From Thelocarpon superellum (taxonomy: Eukaryota), in the NCBI GenBank assembly GCA_026025795.1, contig JAPEUG010000029.1, forward strand, positions 1-64,000: 64,000 bases of DNA, given 5' to 3'. How positions within the stretch are numbered: the first letter of the stretch is position 1; every line of letters starts with the position of its first letter. Positions 1-11,606 of this stretch are shown one piece after another. The position numbers were made by a program, and so were the translations under genes. The notes beneath the pieces were generated by a model that was not told where the DNA came from, did not search any database, and saw nothing but the letters and a program-made list of their open reading frames with translations.

Positions 1-98
1 GCGTTGGTTGAATCGAGACCATCGGACCCGCCCGGGCCGCAGTGTGGGTCCGACTTGCTGTCCCGATAGGTGGGAGCGTGATAGTGGACGAAATCCAT
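1..98 (-). CDS. Possible 5' end of an unidentified gene running off the left edge (MDFVHYHAPTYRDSKSDPHCGPGGSDGLDSTN...)
   Basis: ATG at 98-96 on the minus strand with an open frame to position 1. It is preceded on that strand by a long (CTC)n pyrimidine tract typical of fungal 5' leaders. No recognisable homology. Confidence 0.25.
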   Translation of the reverse strand, partial: MDFVHYHAPTYRDSKSDPHCGPGGSDGLDSTN

Positions 99-162
99 GC
101 ACGCGGGTGATGGAGAGCAGCGATACTCTCAGCAGGGCATGAAGGGGGGAAGAAGGGAAGAA

Positions 163-243
163 GAGGAGGAGGAGGAGGAGGAGGAGGAGGAGGAGGAGGA
201 GGAGGAGGAGGAGGAGGAGGAGGAGGAGGAGGAGGAGGAGGAG
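163..243. repeat. (GAG)27 trinucleotide microsatellite
   Basis: Perfect GAG run read directly, embedded in a purine-rich tract at about 141-280. Confidence 0.97.
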
Positions 244-3200
244 GAAGGGAAGCAGAGGAGGAAGGGAAGAAGAGGAGGAGGCGCTGAGGGTGACGATCCA
301 CGTTTACAATGGCCGGTAGGACGCCAGCAAAACGCAATAGTCAAACGGACAGGAACGGTGGCACGATCGTGGGCCGGGACGGAGAAGCTTGAAGTCGAAG
401 TGGCACAACGGCGGTACTAATGGCCGCGGCGATGATGGCAGCGATGGGGGGCTAATAAAAAAGCGACACGCATGACGAGCGCTTTGGCGGACGAGCAACG
501 ACCCAGCAGAGCGGCAGGGGTAGCGAGTCGTTGAAAGGTCTACCACACCGTACCATAGCCCCGGGGGGGAGACCAAGGGAAGGGTGGTCCGGGAGGGCGA
601 CGAAGGTCTAAAAACGGATTGACTTTGGCGTGCACGGTCCAATGGAATTCAATGGAGGGCGGAGGGCGACGGATAGCAAAGCGAACGAGCCGGTCAAGGC
701 TGTGCGAGGTGTGGATGTGAGTGCGGATGCGCAGGCGTGTGTGTGTGCATGTGGGTGTGGGTGTGGGTGCAGGTGCGTCTCCTATTCCTTCTGCTGAATG
801 GCGAATGGAGCCAGGGCTGGTGGCGGGCAGAAGACTCTGGGCGACGAGTGAGAGAAGCAGCGCAAGTACTACTAGGGGGCGGGCAGTGCCAGGAACGGGC
901 AGGCACGAAAGCCGCACGACCGGGGGGAGGGTGCCGGTGGAAAGGGTGGGGACCCTCGCACTGGGCCTCTAGCACCCTCGACCGTGTGGGCAGGGTGCAG
1001 GGGGCAGCGCGCAAGGCCACGGACAGCAGGGCACCAGCGCAAGTAGCAGCAGCGTGCAGCGCGGCTGTGGTGCAGCGCGCAGGTTGTAGTCGTGGGCAGC
1101 GACAAGAAGCCAATCCCAGGTGCGGGAAAAAATTCCACCGGAGTCCACGGTGCCTGCCGCCGCGACGCAGGCTCGAGGGTCAGCTGGCGGTGGGGGAGCG
1201 CGCGCGCGCTGAGTGGGGACGCGGTAGGTGTGCGTCTGGGGGCCGGGGTCCGGCAGGAAGAGTGGGGAGCGAAGCCGACCAACCATGGCCCACGGGAAGC
1301 GAAGCGAAGGGAGATCGCCCGCCGCTTGCCAGCATAGCGTGGACGCGGCGCACGGTGGGGACTGCGGCAGTCGTCCAGCAGCGGACGGGCCACCCACGGT
1401 GCTCGCGCCAACGTCCTGGCGCCCTCGGCAACTTCCATTGCTTTGCCTGTGGGAGAGGTCGCCCGGCGGGTGCCCACGCTCTAGGAGCGTCCCTATCCTG
1501 ACAAGCCTCTGACTACCGTCCTGGTACTCGTATACGCCGTGACGATTACATTGCGCCGTCGCGATGGCTGGTCGCCGTACAAATCATCCATCGGGTCCGC
1601 AATAATGTGTGCGCTCGACCCGGCGCGGAGGAAGGGGCGCGACCAAGGCCTCGACGATACAAAGCCGCCTCTGCAGCTCGGTTGGGGGACCAAGCGACGG
1701 TCGTGCGCAGGTATCAGTAGTGCATGCATGTATCCGCGAAGGTGTCCGGATGACGCCCACTGCACTTTTCTCCGAGCCCTCTCGCTCTCGGTCGCCCTCG
1801 GCCGCTCTGTCATCGTCCTACGGAGGTGGTGAGATTATCCCTGGGCACGTACTTCTTACCAGTAGAGGTCGGGTGCTTGCCACGACATGTTTGCCATCGG
1901 CTTCGCCAACCCTGGCGCGCGCGATGACGGGGCATCGGATTTGCTTATCCCCGACGCATGTCACGCCGCGCGCTCCACTCCCTGGGCTGCACCAGGTGGC
2001 GTGCATCCAATGAGGGCCCACATCAGCTCCGAAGATCGTCCCGACCGTCCTCGAGGCCCCCGGGCGTTGCAAAGTGCCCGGACTGGACGTTGATCGACCT
2101 TCAAACGGCGTGGGTTAGTTGGTGGGTCGGTCCATGCGCGTCGTGGTTCAACGCTATTGAAAACGGCCGACCACGCTGTTCCTGCCGACTGCCAACGGTA
2201 CGAGTGGTGGGCGTGACTTACAAGTACACCCGTAACCTTGCCATTCTCCCCGCTCGTTTGCCCCATTTCCCGGTCGCGACAGGGCAAGGCTCATCTACTT
2301 GTACGGGTCGACGTCGTCCTGCAGCCATAACCTTACCACATTCGTGCTCGTACCCTGCCGGGCTGAATGATGGCGAAAAGAGAGGCCCTTCGATTCTAGT
2401 ACCGAAGGGGCGAGGCGAGCAGCGGGCGTTCCTGCATGAGGACTCGGCGGGTCGAGCACGCTAGTCTCGCGTCGAACCGGCTGTCTTGGCGCCGGGCAAG
2501 GATTCGGCTGGGATCAGCCAGCGAGCTCTCCCGCACACCATGCACTTTCGAGCCCGATCGCTTCTGTGACGGGTCCTGGCACCGCTGGTACCTTGCAGAA
2601 AGGAGAGGCTAACCAGGAACAACGCCCCATTGACCCACGCTGTTGCACCTCCCCTCCGGACGTCTGCACCCCAACACCACACCAATCCGGCTACCAGTCC
2701 CTGCTGGTGCATGAGAGATAACCTTCCTTGGAGAAGCTATCGGTTTTGAGCCGCGGGGACCAGACAGCGCATCCAAGGTTTATGAAAACAAGGCGACACC
2801 CGGTCCAGCACCACGGTGGAAATTGGGGGGCCACCAGATTGGCGAGCTCGTGCGGGATAAGCCGACCCCGACGGAAGGGACAGACGGGCATTGAGGCAAG
2901 ACTTGCTCTGACCACACCTATTCTCCTTGGGCGCCAGGTACAACTTGGCACGTCTTGGCGTTCACCGTCCCCTTTTGGTCGGCTGCTTCGGCTCGACTTC
3001 CACGTTGTCGGCCTACCACACCGCGAGGAGTGGGGGTCCGTTAGGCCGGCTTGACATGAGCACACGGCGGACCGAGATCTTGCATCATTATTTCCCCATC
3101 ATTTTGGGGGACGAGGATCCCTGCCATGCCTTCGGGCACTCCGAACATGATGCGCCTCGGCGCTCGTTGTGGGCTGGTGGGCTCTGTCGGGTTGTCATCT

Positions 3201-3715
3201 CCTCCTGGCGCGCATCCACGACCGGCGCCTCCTCCCCACCGGGACTCTGACTAGGGGCGGTGGCGGTGGAACCGATGTTGGTCACACCGCAGTGCCTCTC
3301 TGGATGAGGCCTGCTGCACGCATCCGTGTGCTCGCCTCGTCATCTCATCAGCCAGATGCTGGCACGGTGCGTGGTCACCCGCGGCGGGCTTGGGCCCCGG
3401 TCCACCGACTTGGCCATGCTCCCCTAGCCTCGACGGACCATGCGAGGCAATAACTATTGTACGTCTTCCAGCGATTACGAGCACGAGGCCTGTTTACGCT
3501 GGCCGTGCATCCGATGGGCTCCGATGGAGCACCTCTGATACACCAATCCAGTCTAGCGCATGCGGCGAGGCGTGTCCCTCCCATGCCGTCGGGATTTATC
3601 GTCGACCCAACGATCCGCTCCCGTCTGCCCCTTCCCCCATCCTGCCGGCGCGCTCTCCTAACGACGGGCTTTGGGCGGTGGGTGGTAGGCGTGGGGCGTG
3701 CACCGTCGTCATCGA

Positions 3716-4581
3716 TCATTCGGCGCAGGGCCGAATTTCCACGATCATGTCCCCCGTCTTGACGTCGCATCCACGGAGGGTCACTTCCTGCAGATCCCGC
3801 ACGATCCAATCTGCGCCTGCGTCGCGCAGCTGGCGCGCATCGTGGGTCGTGGTCAGGGCGACGACGCTGCAGCCAGCCGCCTTTGCACTCCGGACGCCGG
3901 CGGGAGCATCTTCGAGCACGAGCACGGCGGCATCGGGAGCTAGGCCAAGTCGTGCGCGCCCCAGCTGGTAGCATGCCGGGTCGGGCTTGCCATGCTCCAC
4001 GTCTTCGGCCGACACCAGATGGGCCGGGTGGGCCAAGTTGAGGACGGCGAGCCAGCCATGAATGAGGGGCCGGGTGCCCGAGGTGACAATGGCCCAACGC
4101 CCTTTGTCCTTGTCCAACGCGAGCAACAATTCACGGGCGCCGGGGACGGTCTCGGCGTCCTGGCCGAACTCATGGGGGATTTGGCCTTCGATGGTGAGGA
4201 CATCTTCTGCCACGGTCAGCCACGCCTAGCCGAGCCACGGCGATGGGACGAGGAGGCACCCACACTCCCAGGTGGCGCGCTCGGTATCGTACAACCGTAG
4301 AGTGTCGATAGACCGTCGACCATGCGACGTGGCCAAGATGACCTCGGGGTCTACCTGGAGCTCTCGTGCAATCCTACGCCGCTGCTTAGTGCGCTGGACC
4401 GTGAGGCCCGCCGGGGCGCAGGGTGGGTCTCGGACTTGTGCCAATGTTTGATGATGGCCCTGGTGGAATCGACCAGGGTTCCGTCCATGTCACTGAGGAG
4501 GCCGGCGAATCTGTGTACTTGCATTTCGCACCGCGCCGACCCCGCCGCGGGGGGCGATGGCGCGGTCTCAACATTTCCCAT
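3716..4581 (-). CDS. HAD-superfamily phosphatase (glycerol-3-phosphatase / 2-deoxyglucose-6-phosphatase, GPP/DOG-like), 3 exons
   Basis: HAD motif I LSDMDGTLVDS, plus SHGRRSID, WAIVTSGT, GKPDPACY and VLEDAPAG. Introns at 4374-4435 and 4204-4263. Confidence 0.9.
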
Positions 4582-5047
4582 GGTCGCACCACGTTTGCGA
4601 GAGAAAAGACAATCTCCTCCGTAGTCCGGCCTCAGACCCCCTATCGGGCGCCCGGCGTCGGCGGTTGAAGATTGGCGTATCACCGTGGACGCATGACGCT
4701 TGACGCTGGTAGCAGGGCAAAGTCCTTCGTTGCACAGCGAGTTGAAGGACTTTCGGTGCTTGTGCGACGCATCGCTGTCGTCACGACTCGTGATTGGCGG
4801 AGGCCAGGTGGGCCGTGGGCTTGGCGAGACGCCTACGACGTTGGGCAAGTGTATGGTAGTGGGGAAGCAGAGAGCCACAACTTTTCTTCCCGGAGCCGCA
4901 AGACAAAATTGCAGATTTCAAACGCCGAATTGAAGTCGGCTTTTGCTCTCGCATAGAAGGGCGGGAGAGGCACGCACGCTCACACGCACACTCACGCCTC
5001 CGCTCAGGCTCGCCTCCACCCTCACACGGACGGAAAACGTCTCCGCC

Positions 5048-6837
5048 ATGGTCAAGCCCAGTACGTCATCTGTCTCTCCTTCGCCCGCGTCTCCCCCACT
5101 CACATCGCGTGCAGAACCCAAGTCCAAGCGGACGCCGGTGCGATTGCGACACAAGATTGAAAAAGCTAGTGCTGCTAAACAACGGAAGCAACGGAAGCAG
5201 GCCAAGAAGGTCCGTGCCGCTCCGTCCTCTCGCCGCCGTGGCAGGGTCGTCGCGCTGACCACCCGGACAGAATCCGGAATGGAGGTCGAGATTGAAGAAA
5301 GACCCCGGCATCCCCAATCTCTTCCCATACAAGGATCGGATCTTGCATGAGATCGAGGAGAAACGCCGCGTGAAGGAGGAGCAAGTGCTGCGCAAACGAG
5401 ACGAAGCTAAGGCACGGAGGCAAGGGGTTGATATCGAGCCACGTGGCAATGGAGGTGAGGAGGAGAGTGTGGATGATGACGAGGATGTCTTGATCGACCC
5501 GGAGTTGGATGAAGATGAGATGGACGAAGTAAGTTGATTCCACCGCAGACGGGAGAAAGGGCCCTGACGCTCATGGGTAGGATGAGTCGGAGAACCCCAT
5601 GGCAGCTCTGCTGGCCTCAGCCCGAGCGCGGGCGGTGGAGTACCATCGCGCGCGTGAGAGCGAGGAGGAAGAGGACGAGGACGAGGAGATGGATGAAGAC
5701 GAAGACTTGGACGAGGGCACGACCGGTGACGCGGGTACCTCATTCATGGCCGATGGGTCGGTGGAGGTGGCACCGCTCCGGAAAGAGGCCTCAAGACGAG
5801 CCTTTGACAAGATTTTCAAGCACGTAGTGGACGCAGCCGATGTGATTCTCTACGTGCTGGATGCTCGCGATCCCGAGGGAACCCGATCGAAGGAGGTGGA
5901 GAGGATGATCATGGCGGCCGAGGGGGGCCAGAAGCGGCTTCTCCTGATCGTGAACAAGATCGACCTCATCCCTCCACCCGTGCTCAAAGGCTGGCTTGCC
6001 CACCTACGACGATCCTTTCCCACGCTCCCGCTCCGCGCATCGGGCCCGGCGCCGAATGCGCAGACGTTCAACCATCGACAGCTCACGGTACCCGGGACGA
6101 CAGCGAGCCTCTTCAAGGCGCTCAAGTCCTACGCCCATTCTGCGCAGCTGAAACGCTCCATCTCCGTAGGGGTGATTGGGTACCCTAACGTGGGCAAGTC
6201 GTCCGTGATCAATGCCTTGACCGCGCGACTTGGCGGGGACGCCTCGGCGTGTCCCGTGGGCGCCGAGGCTGGCATCACCACGAGCATTCGCGAGGTGAAG
6301 CTGGATGGCAAGCTGAAGTTGCTCGACTCGCCCGGGATCGTCTTTCCTAGTGCTGCTTCCGGCTCGACGGCCGACGAGCATGCCCGTCTGGTCCTCCTCA
6401 ACGCCGTCCCCTTCAAGCAAATCGAGGATCCTGTGCCAGCGGTGTCATTGCTGCTGCGACGACTGTCGACTAATGATACCATGCTTTCGAAGCTCCTGGA
6501 CGTCTATGGACTTCCTCCGCTCATGACCTCGAATGGAGACTCGACGACCGACTTTCTGGTGCAAGTCGCTCGGAAGCGGGGCCGGTTGGGCAAGGGGGGT
6601 GTGCCCAACATCCTCAGCGCTGCTACGACAATCATCACGGACTGGCGAGATGGTCGAATTCAAGGCTGGGCCGATGCACCCACGTTGGCTCTAGCTTCTA
6701 CCACTCTGTCCGGCGGCTCTGGCACCGACGCTGAGATATCGCAGGGCAGTGGCGACATCAAGGAGATTGCTACGGAATGGGCCAAGGAGTTTAGCATTGA
6801 TGGGCTATGGGGAAACGAGGCCGAGTCTACAGAATAG
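5048..6837 (+). CDS. NUG1: Nucleolar circularly permuted GTPase (GNL3/nucleostemin family, 60S biogenesis), 4 exons
   Basis: N-terminal KPKSKRTPVRLRHKIEK and KKDPGIPNLFPYK. G-domain motifs VLDARDP, NKIDL, GYPNVGKSS and LLDSPG, plus RGRLGKGG. Three GT-AG introns join in frame. Confidence 0.93.
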
Positions 6838-7161
6838 ACGGAAGGGGAACGAGGCTTACGAGGTGACGAGGGAGGAATTGGCGTGATGATTATTGTTACA
6901 TAAGGGATCTGTCTCCTGTTCTCACACCCGTACGCGTACCGTAAAGTAGGAAGTTACTTTCGAGTGGTGCCGCGAGGCCGAAACCGGCGGCCCCGCTTAA
7001 GCAGCGAGGCGGCGCGACGACGCAACAGCGCCAAGAGTCCGGGTGGGCAACAGACGGTGGCACCGGTGGCAAAGCCGCCGCAAGCCGAGCTGCCCTCCAG
7101 CCCCAAAGCATCGTGTCGAGCATGCCATTGGTCTTCTTCATCTTCTCCGCTTGCCATCCTC

Positions 7162-9166
7162 ATGGCAGTGCCGACGTTGCTGTGTCGAATCTTTCCACGG
7201 AACTCTTTGACTCGTCTTCCGCCAAAGTCCAGCGCGATCAGCTTCAATTGCCCCACTTCCACTAGCTCTCGCCACGCCAACATGGCGACGCTCGGGAGCT
7301 TCAAGGTGCCGCGGATCAGCAATGAACCTAACGTGAGTGAATTGGTGCATTGATGTGTGATGGCGTGCTGACGAAATCGCTCTTTTAGCAACATTACGCC
7401 AAAGGCTCTGTGGAGCGTGAGAAGCTTGTCGCCGCGGTGGCAGCACGAAAGACGAGTGCACCGGTCGAGATCCCTCTCTTTGTAGCTGGCAAAGAGGTAG
7501 GGTCCTGAGCACTCGCCTTGCCGTTATCGCCCGCTGATGAAACCAGACCAAATCTTCACCAGATGCCACGCAAATCAATCCGGCCGCTCATGGCACGGTG
7601 GTGGCGAAATACACCAATGCCAGCCCGGAGCATGTGTCCAAGGCCATCGAATCGGCGTTGGCGGCCAAACCGGCATGGGAAAGCTTACCGTTTGCTGATC
7701 GAGCGGCGGTCTTCTTGAAAGCGGCGGATCTGGTGGCGAAGAAGTACCGCTACGAGCTCATGGCGGCGACGATCTTGGGGCAGGGAAAGAATGCATGGCA
7801 GGCGGAGATCGACGCGGCAGCCGAGTTGGCCGACTTTCTGAGGTATGTTGCCGTCAGATCTGGTGGGGATGTTCTGACGGGCCAGATTCAACGTCAAGTA
7901 CGCAGAGGAGCTGTATGCGCAGCAACCAGCGCACAATGCACCCGGAATATGGAAGTGAGTATTTAGGGCCCGTCCACCTCTACCTGTCTCCAGCTCCTGA
8001 CCCTCGTCAGCCGCGTGGAGTATCGACCGCTCGAGGGATTCGTCTACGCCATCACACCATTCAACTTCACCGCAATTGGAGGAAACCTGCCAGGTGCGCC
8101 GGCGCTGATGGGCAATGTGGTGGTGTGGAAGCCGTCGCCCTCGGCAATGGCCTCGAACTATCTGATCTACCAGATCCTGCTCGAAGCCGGTCTCCCTCCT
8201 GACGTGATCCAATTCGTGCCGGGGGACGCGGAGCAGGTGACAAAAATCGTGCTCGCTCATCCGGACTTCGCCTGTCTCCATTTCACCGGCAGCACGGCCG
8301 TCTTCCGCTCCCTATATGGCACGATCGCCACAGGCGTCGCCGACGGCATGTACAAGAGCTATCCCCGGATCGTGGGCGAAACGGGCGGCAAGAATTTCCA
8401 CCTGGTGCATCGCAGCGCGGACGTGGACAACGCAGTCATCAACACGGTGCGCGGGGCATTTGAATACCAAGGCCAGAAATGCAGCGCCACGTCGCGCGCC
8501 TACGTTCCGACGTCCATCTGGCCGGCATTCAAGGCGCGTCTGGTGGAAGAAATCCAGAAACTGAAAGTTGGCGACCCGCAGGACTTTGGCAACTTCATCG
8601 GGCCCGTCATCCACGAAGCCTCCTTCAACAAGCTCGCCAAGGTGCTGGAAGAGGCCAAAGCCGACGCCGACCTCGACCTGCTCGTCGGCGGCACCGCCAA
8701 CAAGGAAACGGGGTATTTCATCCCGCCCACGGTCTTCGTGACACGCTCCCCCTCGCACGCGTTCCTCAGCACGGAACTCTTCGGACCGATCCTCACGGTG
8801 CACATCTACGACGACACACCGTCCCCCTCCCCGTCCTCGCCCACCCCCGACGCCGCCTTCGACGAGATCATGCGCACCATCGATCGCACGTCCGCGTACG
8901 GCCTCACCGGCGCCGTCTTCGCCACCGACCGCGCCGTCGTCGTGCACGCTCAACGCGCTCTGCGCAACGCGGCGGGCAACTTCTACATCAATGGGAAGTG
9001 CACCGGTGCTGTCGTCGGCCAGCAGCCCTTTGGCGGCGCACGGGCAAGCGGCACGAATGATAAAGCCGGCAGTGCGAATCTCTTGGCTCGCTTCGTCAGC
9101 ATGCGCTCCATCAAGGAGGACTTTGTGGCGGCGTCTCAGGTCGAGTATCCCAGTAACGTCGTCTAG
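7162..9166 (+). CDS. PUT2: Mitochondrial delta-1-pyrroline-5-carboxylate dehydrogenase (ALDH4), 5 exons
   Basis: GQGKNAWQAEIDAAAE, ITPFNFTAIGGNL, FTGSTAVF, GETGGKNF, FEYQGQKCSA, ELFGP and GQQPFGGARASGTNDKAGS. The N-terminus is R/S-rich and acid-free, like a presequence. Confidence 0.95.
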
Positions 9167-9203
9167 TCTAGTCTAGTCTTCTCTTCTCTTCTCTTCTCTT
9201 CTC
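9161..9203. repeat. (GTCTA)3 plus (TTCTC)5 microsatellites at the PUT2 stop / 3' UTR
   Basis: Read directly from the sequence. Confidence 0.85.
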
Positions 9204-9322
9204 ACACTCATCTACTCGTACGTATCTGCATCGTGGTAACTGGCTCTATGTAGCATGCCTTTCTTCAGAGAACCGACCAATCAGTAATCCAGTCGATGCG
9301 TGAAACCAGGTACTACAACCCC

Positions 9323-10939
9323 TCACAGCCGTTCTCCTCGCTCGGCCTTCACAGCGCCGTACTTCTTGAGACGGATGGCCTGAACGGCGATAAAGCCCGT
9401 GGTATCGACGGGCTGGAACGACGAGCCGATCTCGTCCATGGAGCTCTCGGACTCATCGTACAGTTTCTCCGTCGCGGAGCTGCGGCCCAGCACGCTGAAC
9501 TGGCCCTTGTACGCCCGACACCGCACCACGCCGTTCACGTTGCCTTGCGACGCCACAATTGACGCTTCGAGGAACTCGCGCTCCGGACTGAAGTACAGCC
9601 CGTTGTACAAGACCTGCAACTAGCGTGTCAACGTCGAGTGTTGCTTGTCTGGAGACGAGAGGGGGGCCTTCTCTTGTGCCATGTGTGGACGAACGTACCT
9701 TGGCGTAGTTGAAGGTCACGAATTGGTCGCGGAGCGCGCGCACCTCACGGTCGAGCACGAGACCCTCGAGATCGAGATGGGCCGCTCGAAGACACGTCAA
9801 GCCCGGCGTCTCGTAGCACCCGCGTGACTTGATGCCGATGAAGCGGTTCTCGACAATGTCGATGCGGCCGACGCCGTGGCGACGCGCGATGCTGTTGACG
9901 GCCAGGAAGAGCGGGACGGCGTTGGTCTCTACTAGCTTCTTGGAGCCACCGTCCGTATAGTCCAGTCGCACGGGGAGACCCTTTTCGAATGTCAGAGTAA
10001 AGTCCTCGGGCGTGTTGGGTGCTGCTTCCGGGTCGACGGTCAACTTCCACATGTCCGCTGGCGGCGTGGTGTCGGGGTTTTCAAGGATACCCGCTTCGTA
10101 GGAGCAGTGCGCCAGGTTCTCGTCCATGCTCCATGGCTTGGCCTTGGTCTGGGTGACGGGGATGCCAACCTGCGCGGCGTAGGCCAGCAGATCATTGCGG
10201 CCGGCGAAGCGGTTGTAGAATTCCGGGAGGCGCCAGGGCGCAATCACCTGGATCGAGGGCTGGAGCGCGTAGTACGCCAGCTCGAACCGCACTTGGTCGT
10301 TGCCTTTGCCGGTGCAGCCGTGCGAGACGGCGACGCACTTCTCTTTCCGCGCCACTCCGATCTGGCTGCGAGCAATGACGGGTCGGGCGAGGGAGGTTCC
10401 TGGTGGTGAAGGTCAGTCAATGATCTCCTCAAGTGCTAGGAGAACTCCTTACCAAGGAGATACACGTTCTCATAGACGGCATTGCATTGCACGGCCGGGA
10501 AACACAGCTCTTTGACGAATTCCTCCCGCAGATCTTCAATATAGACCTTCTCCGCGCCAATCTTGAGAGCCTTTTCTTTGGCGGCTCGAAAGTCCTCTAT
10601 GTTCGTGTCACCATCAGCCGCGCAGTTCGTGATGATGGGACGGCAATGCTACCTTCCTGCCCCACATCAGCCACTACCACCGCATCAGTGTCACGTCTTC
10701 TCTCTGGGCCAGTTGGTCCTCACTGAAGCAAATCACGTCATATCCCTTTTCGATAAGCCACGCCACTGGACCACGCGTCAGTCTATCTTGTCGACTGCAG
10801 CTCGCACGAATCTTCTCACAGATACAGCTCGTGTCGAGGCCCCCGCTGTAGGCCAGGCACACCTAGGGTAGGGTGAGTAACGGGTCGAAAACCGTAACCT
10901 GAATGGTGCGGATATGATCTCTACCTTTTCTTTCGCCAT
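9323..10939 (-). CDS. ARG1: Argininosuccinate synthase, 7 exons
   Basis: [44 protein letters not shown] and [20 protein letters not shown]. Six GT-AG introns join in frame. Confidence 0.97.
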
Positions 10940-11606
10940 GATGAGAGTGGTGCTTTGGTTCCGTCTGGGGTGAAAAGATTTCTGGGGTTCCCCCGGGTCA
11001 ATTGAGGGGAAGATTTGAACTTGTCGGTGAGAGAGTCGCGGTTGGTGGGGCACAACAACTGGAATTTTGCAGAACCACTAGCGCGAAACTCGTCATGGTG
11101 CAGGCAGTTTTGGTGGCGTAACCGTAACGGTGCGAGTATGGGAGAAGAGCGAGCAAGCGGGGGGATCAACATGTGACCAGCTCCTTGCAGGGGAAACATG
11201 AGCAGCTTACCCCGTCACGCTCATGGCCGTGGCCATGGTCCCCAGCACTACCAACACACAGTCACGTCACTTCAAGTTTCGTCGCATCATCTACACGAAT
11301 TGATTGGTAGAAGCTGTCCACTGCTCTTCGACTATTGGTATGCGTGCCTAGGTGCCGAGCAAAGTCGCTGCTGCAGGAAAGGATGTAGGCCCACCCAAGG
11401 CAGATGGGCAGCCGTGGGCGCAGGGAGGGTGAAGAACAAGAATCATCGCCGTTGCAATCGCTATCGCCATCGCCATCGCCTTCGCCATCGCTTTCGCGCT
11501 TTCAATTTAGTCCGCGACACCACCGCTCGTCGACGTCCAAAGATCCCGCCACGGGCTAATCACCTCCATCGCGGACGCAGCGACGCGCTAACGCAGCGAC
11601 GCTACC

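Noticed and set aside
97..420. Poly-Glu ORF (+) and poly-Ser ORF (-) over the GAG repeat
   Set aside because: Both are explained by the stop-free microsatellite, and the flanking residues show no protein-like conservation.
6840..7160. Put3/PrnA-type CGG-N10-CCG site upstream of PUT2
   Set aside because: CGG/CCG triplets are present but I found none at the canonical spacing, and they are expected by chance at high GC.
10400..10939. Nested (stwintron) organisation in the intron-dense ARG1 5' region
   Set aside because: All introns resolve as simple GT-AG introns giving the expected protein.
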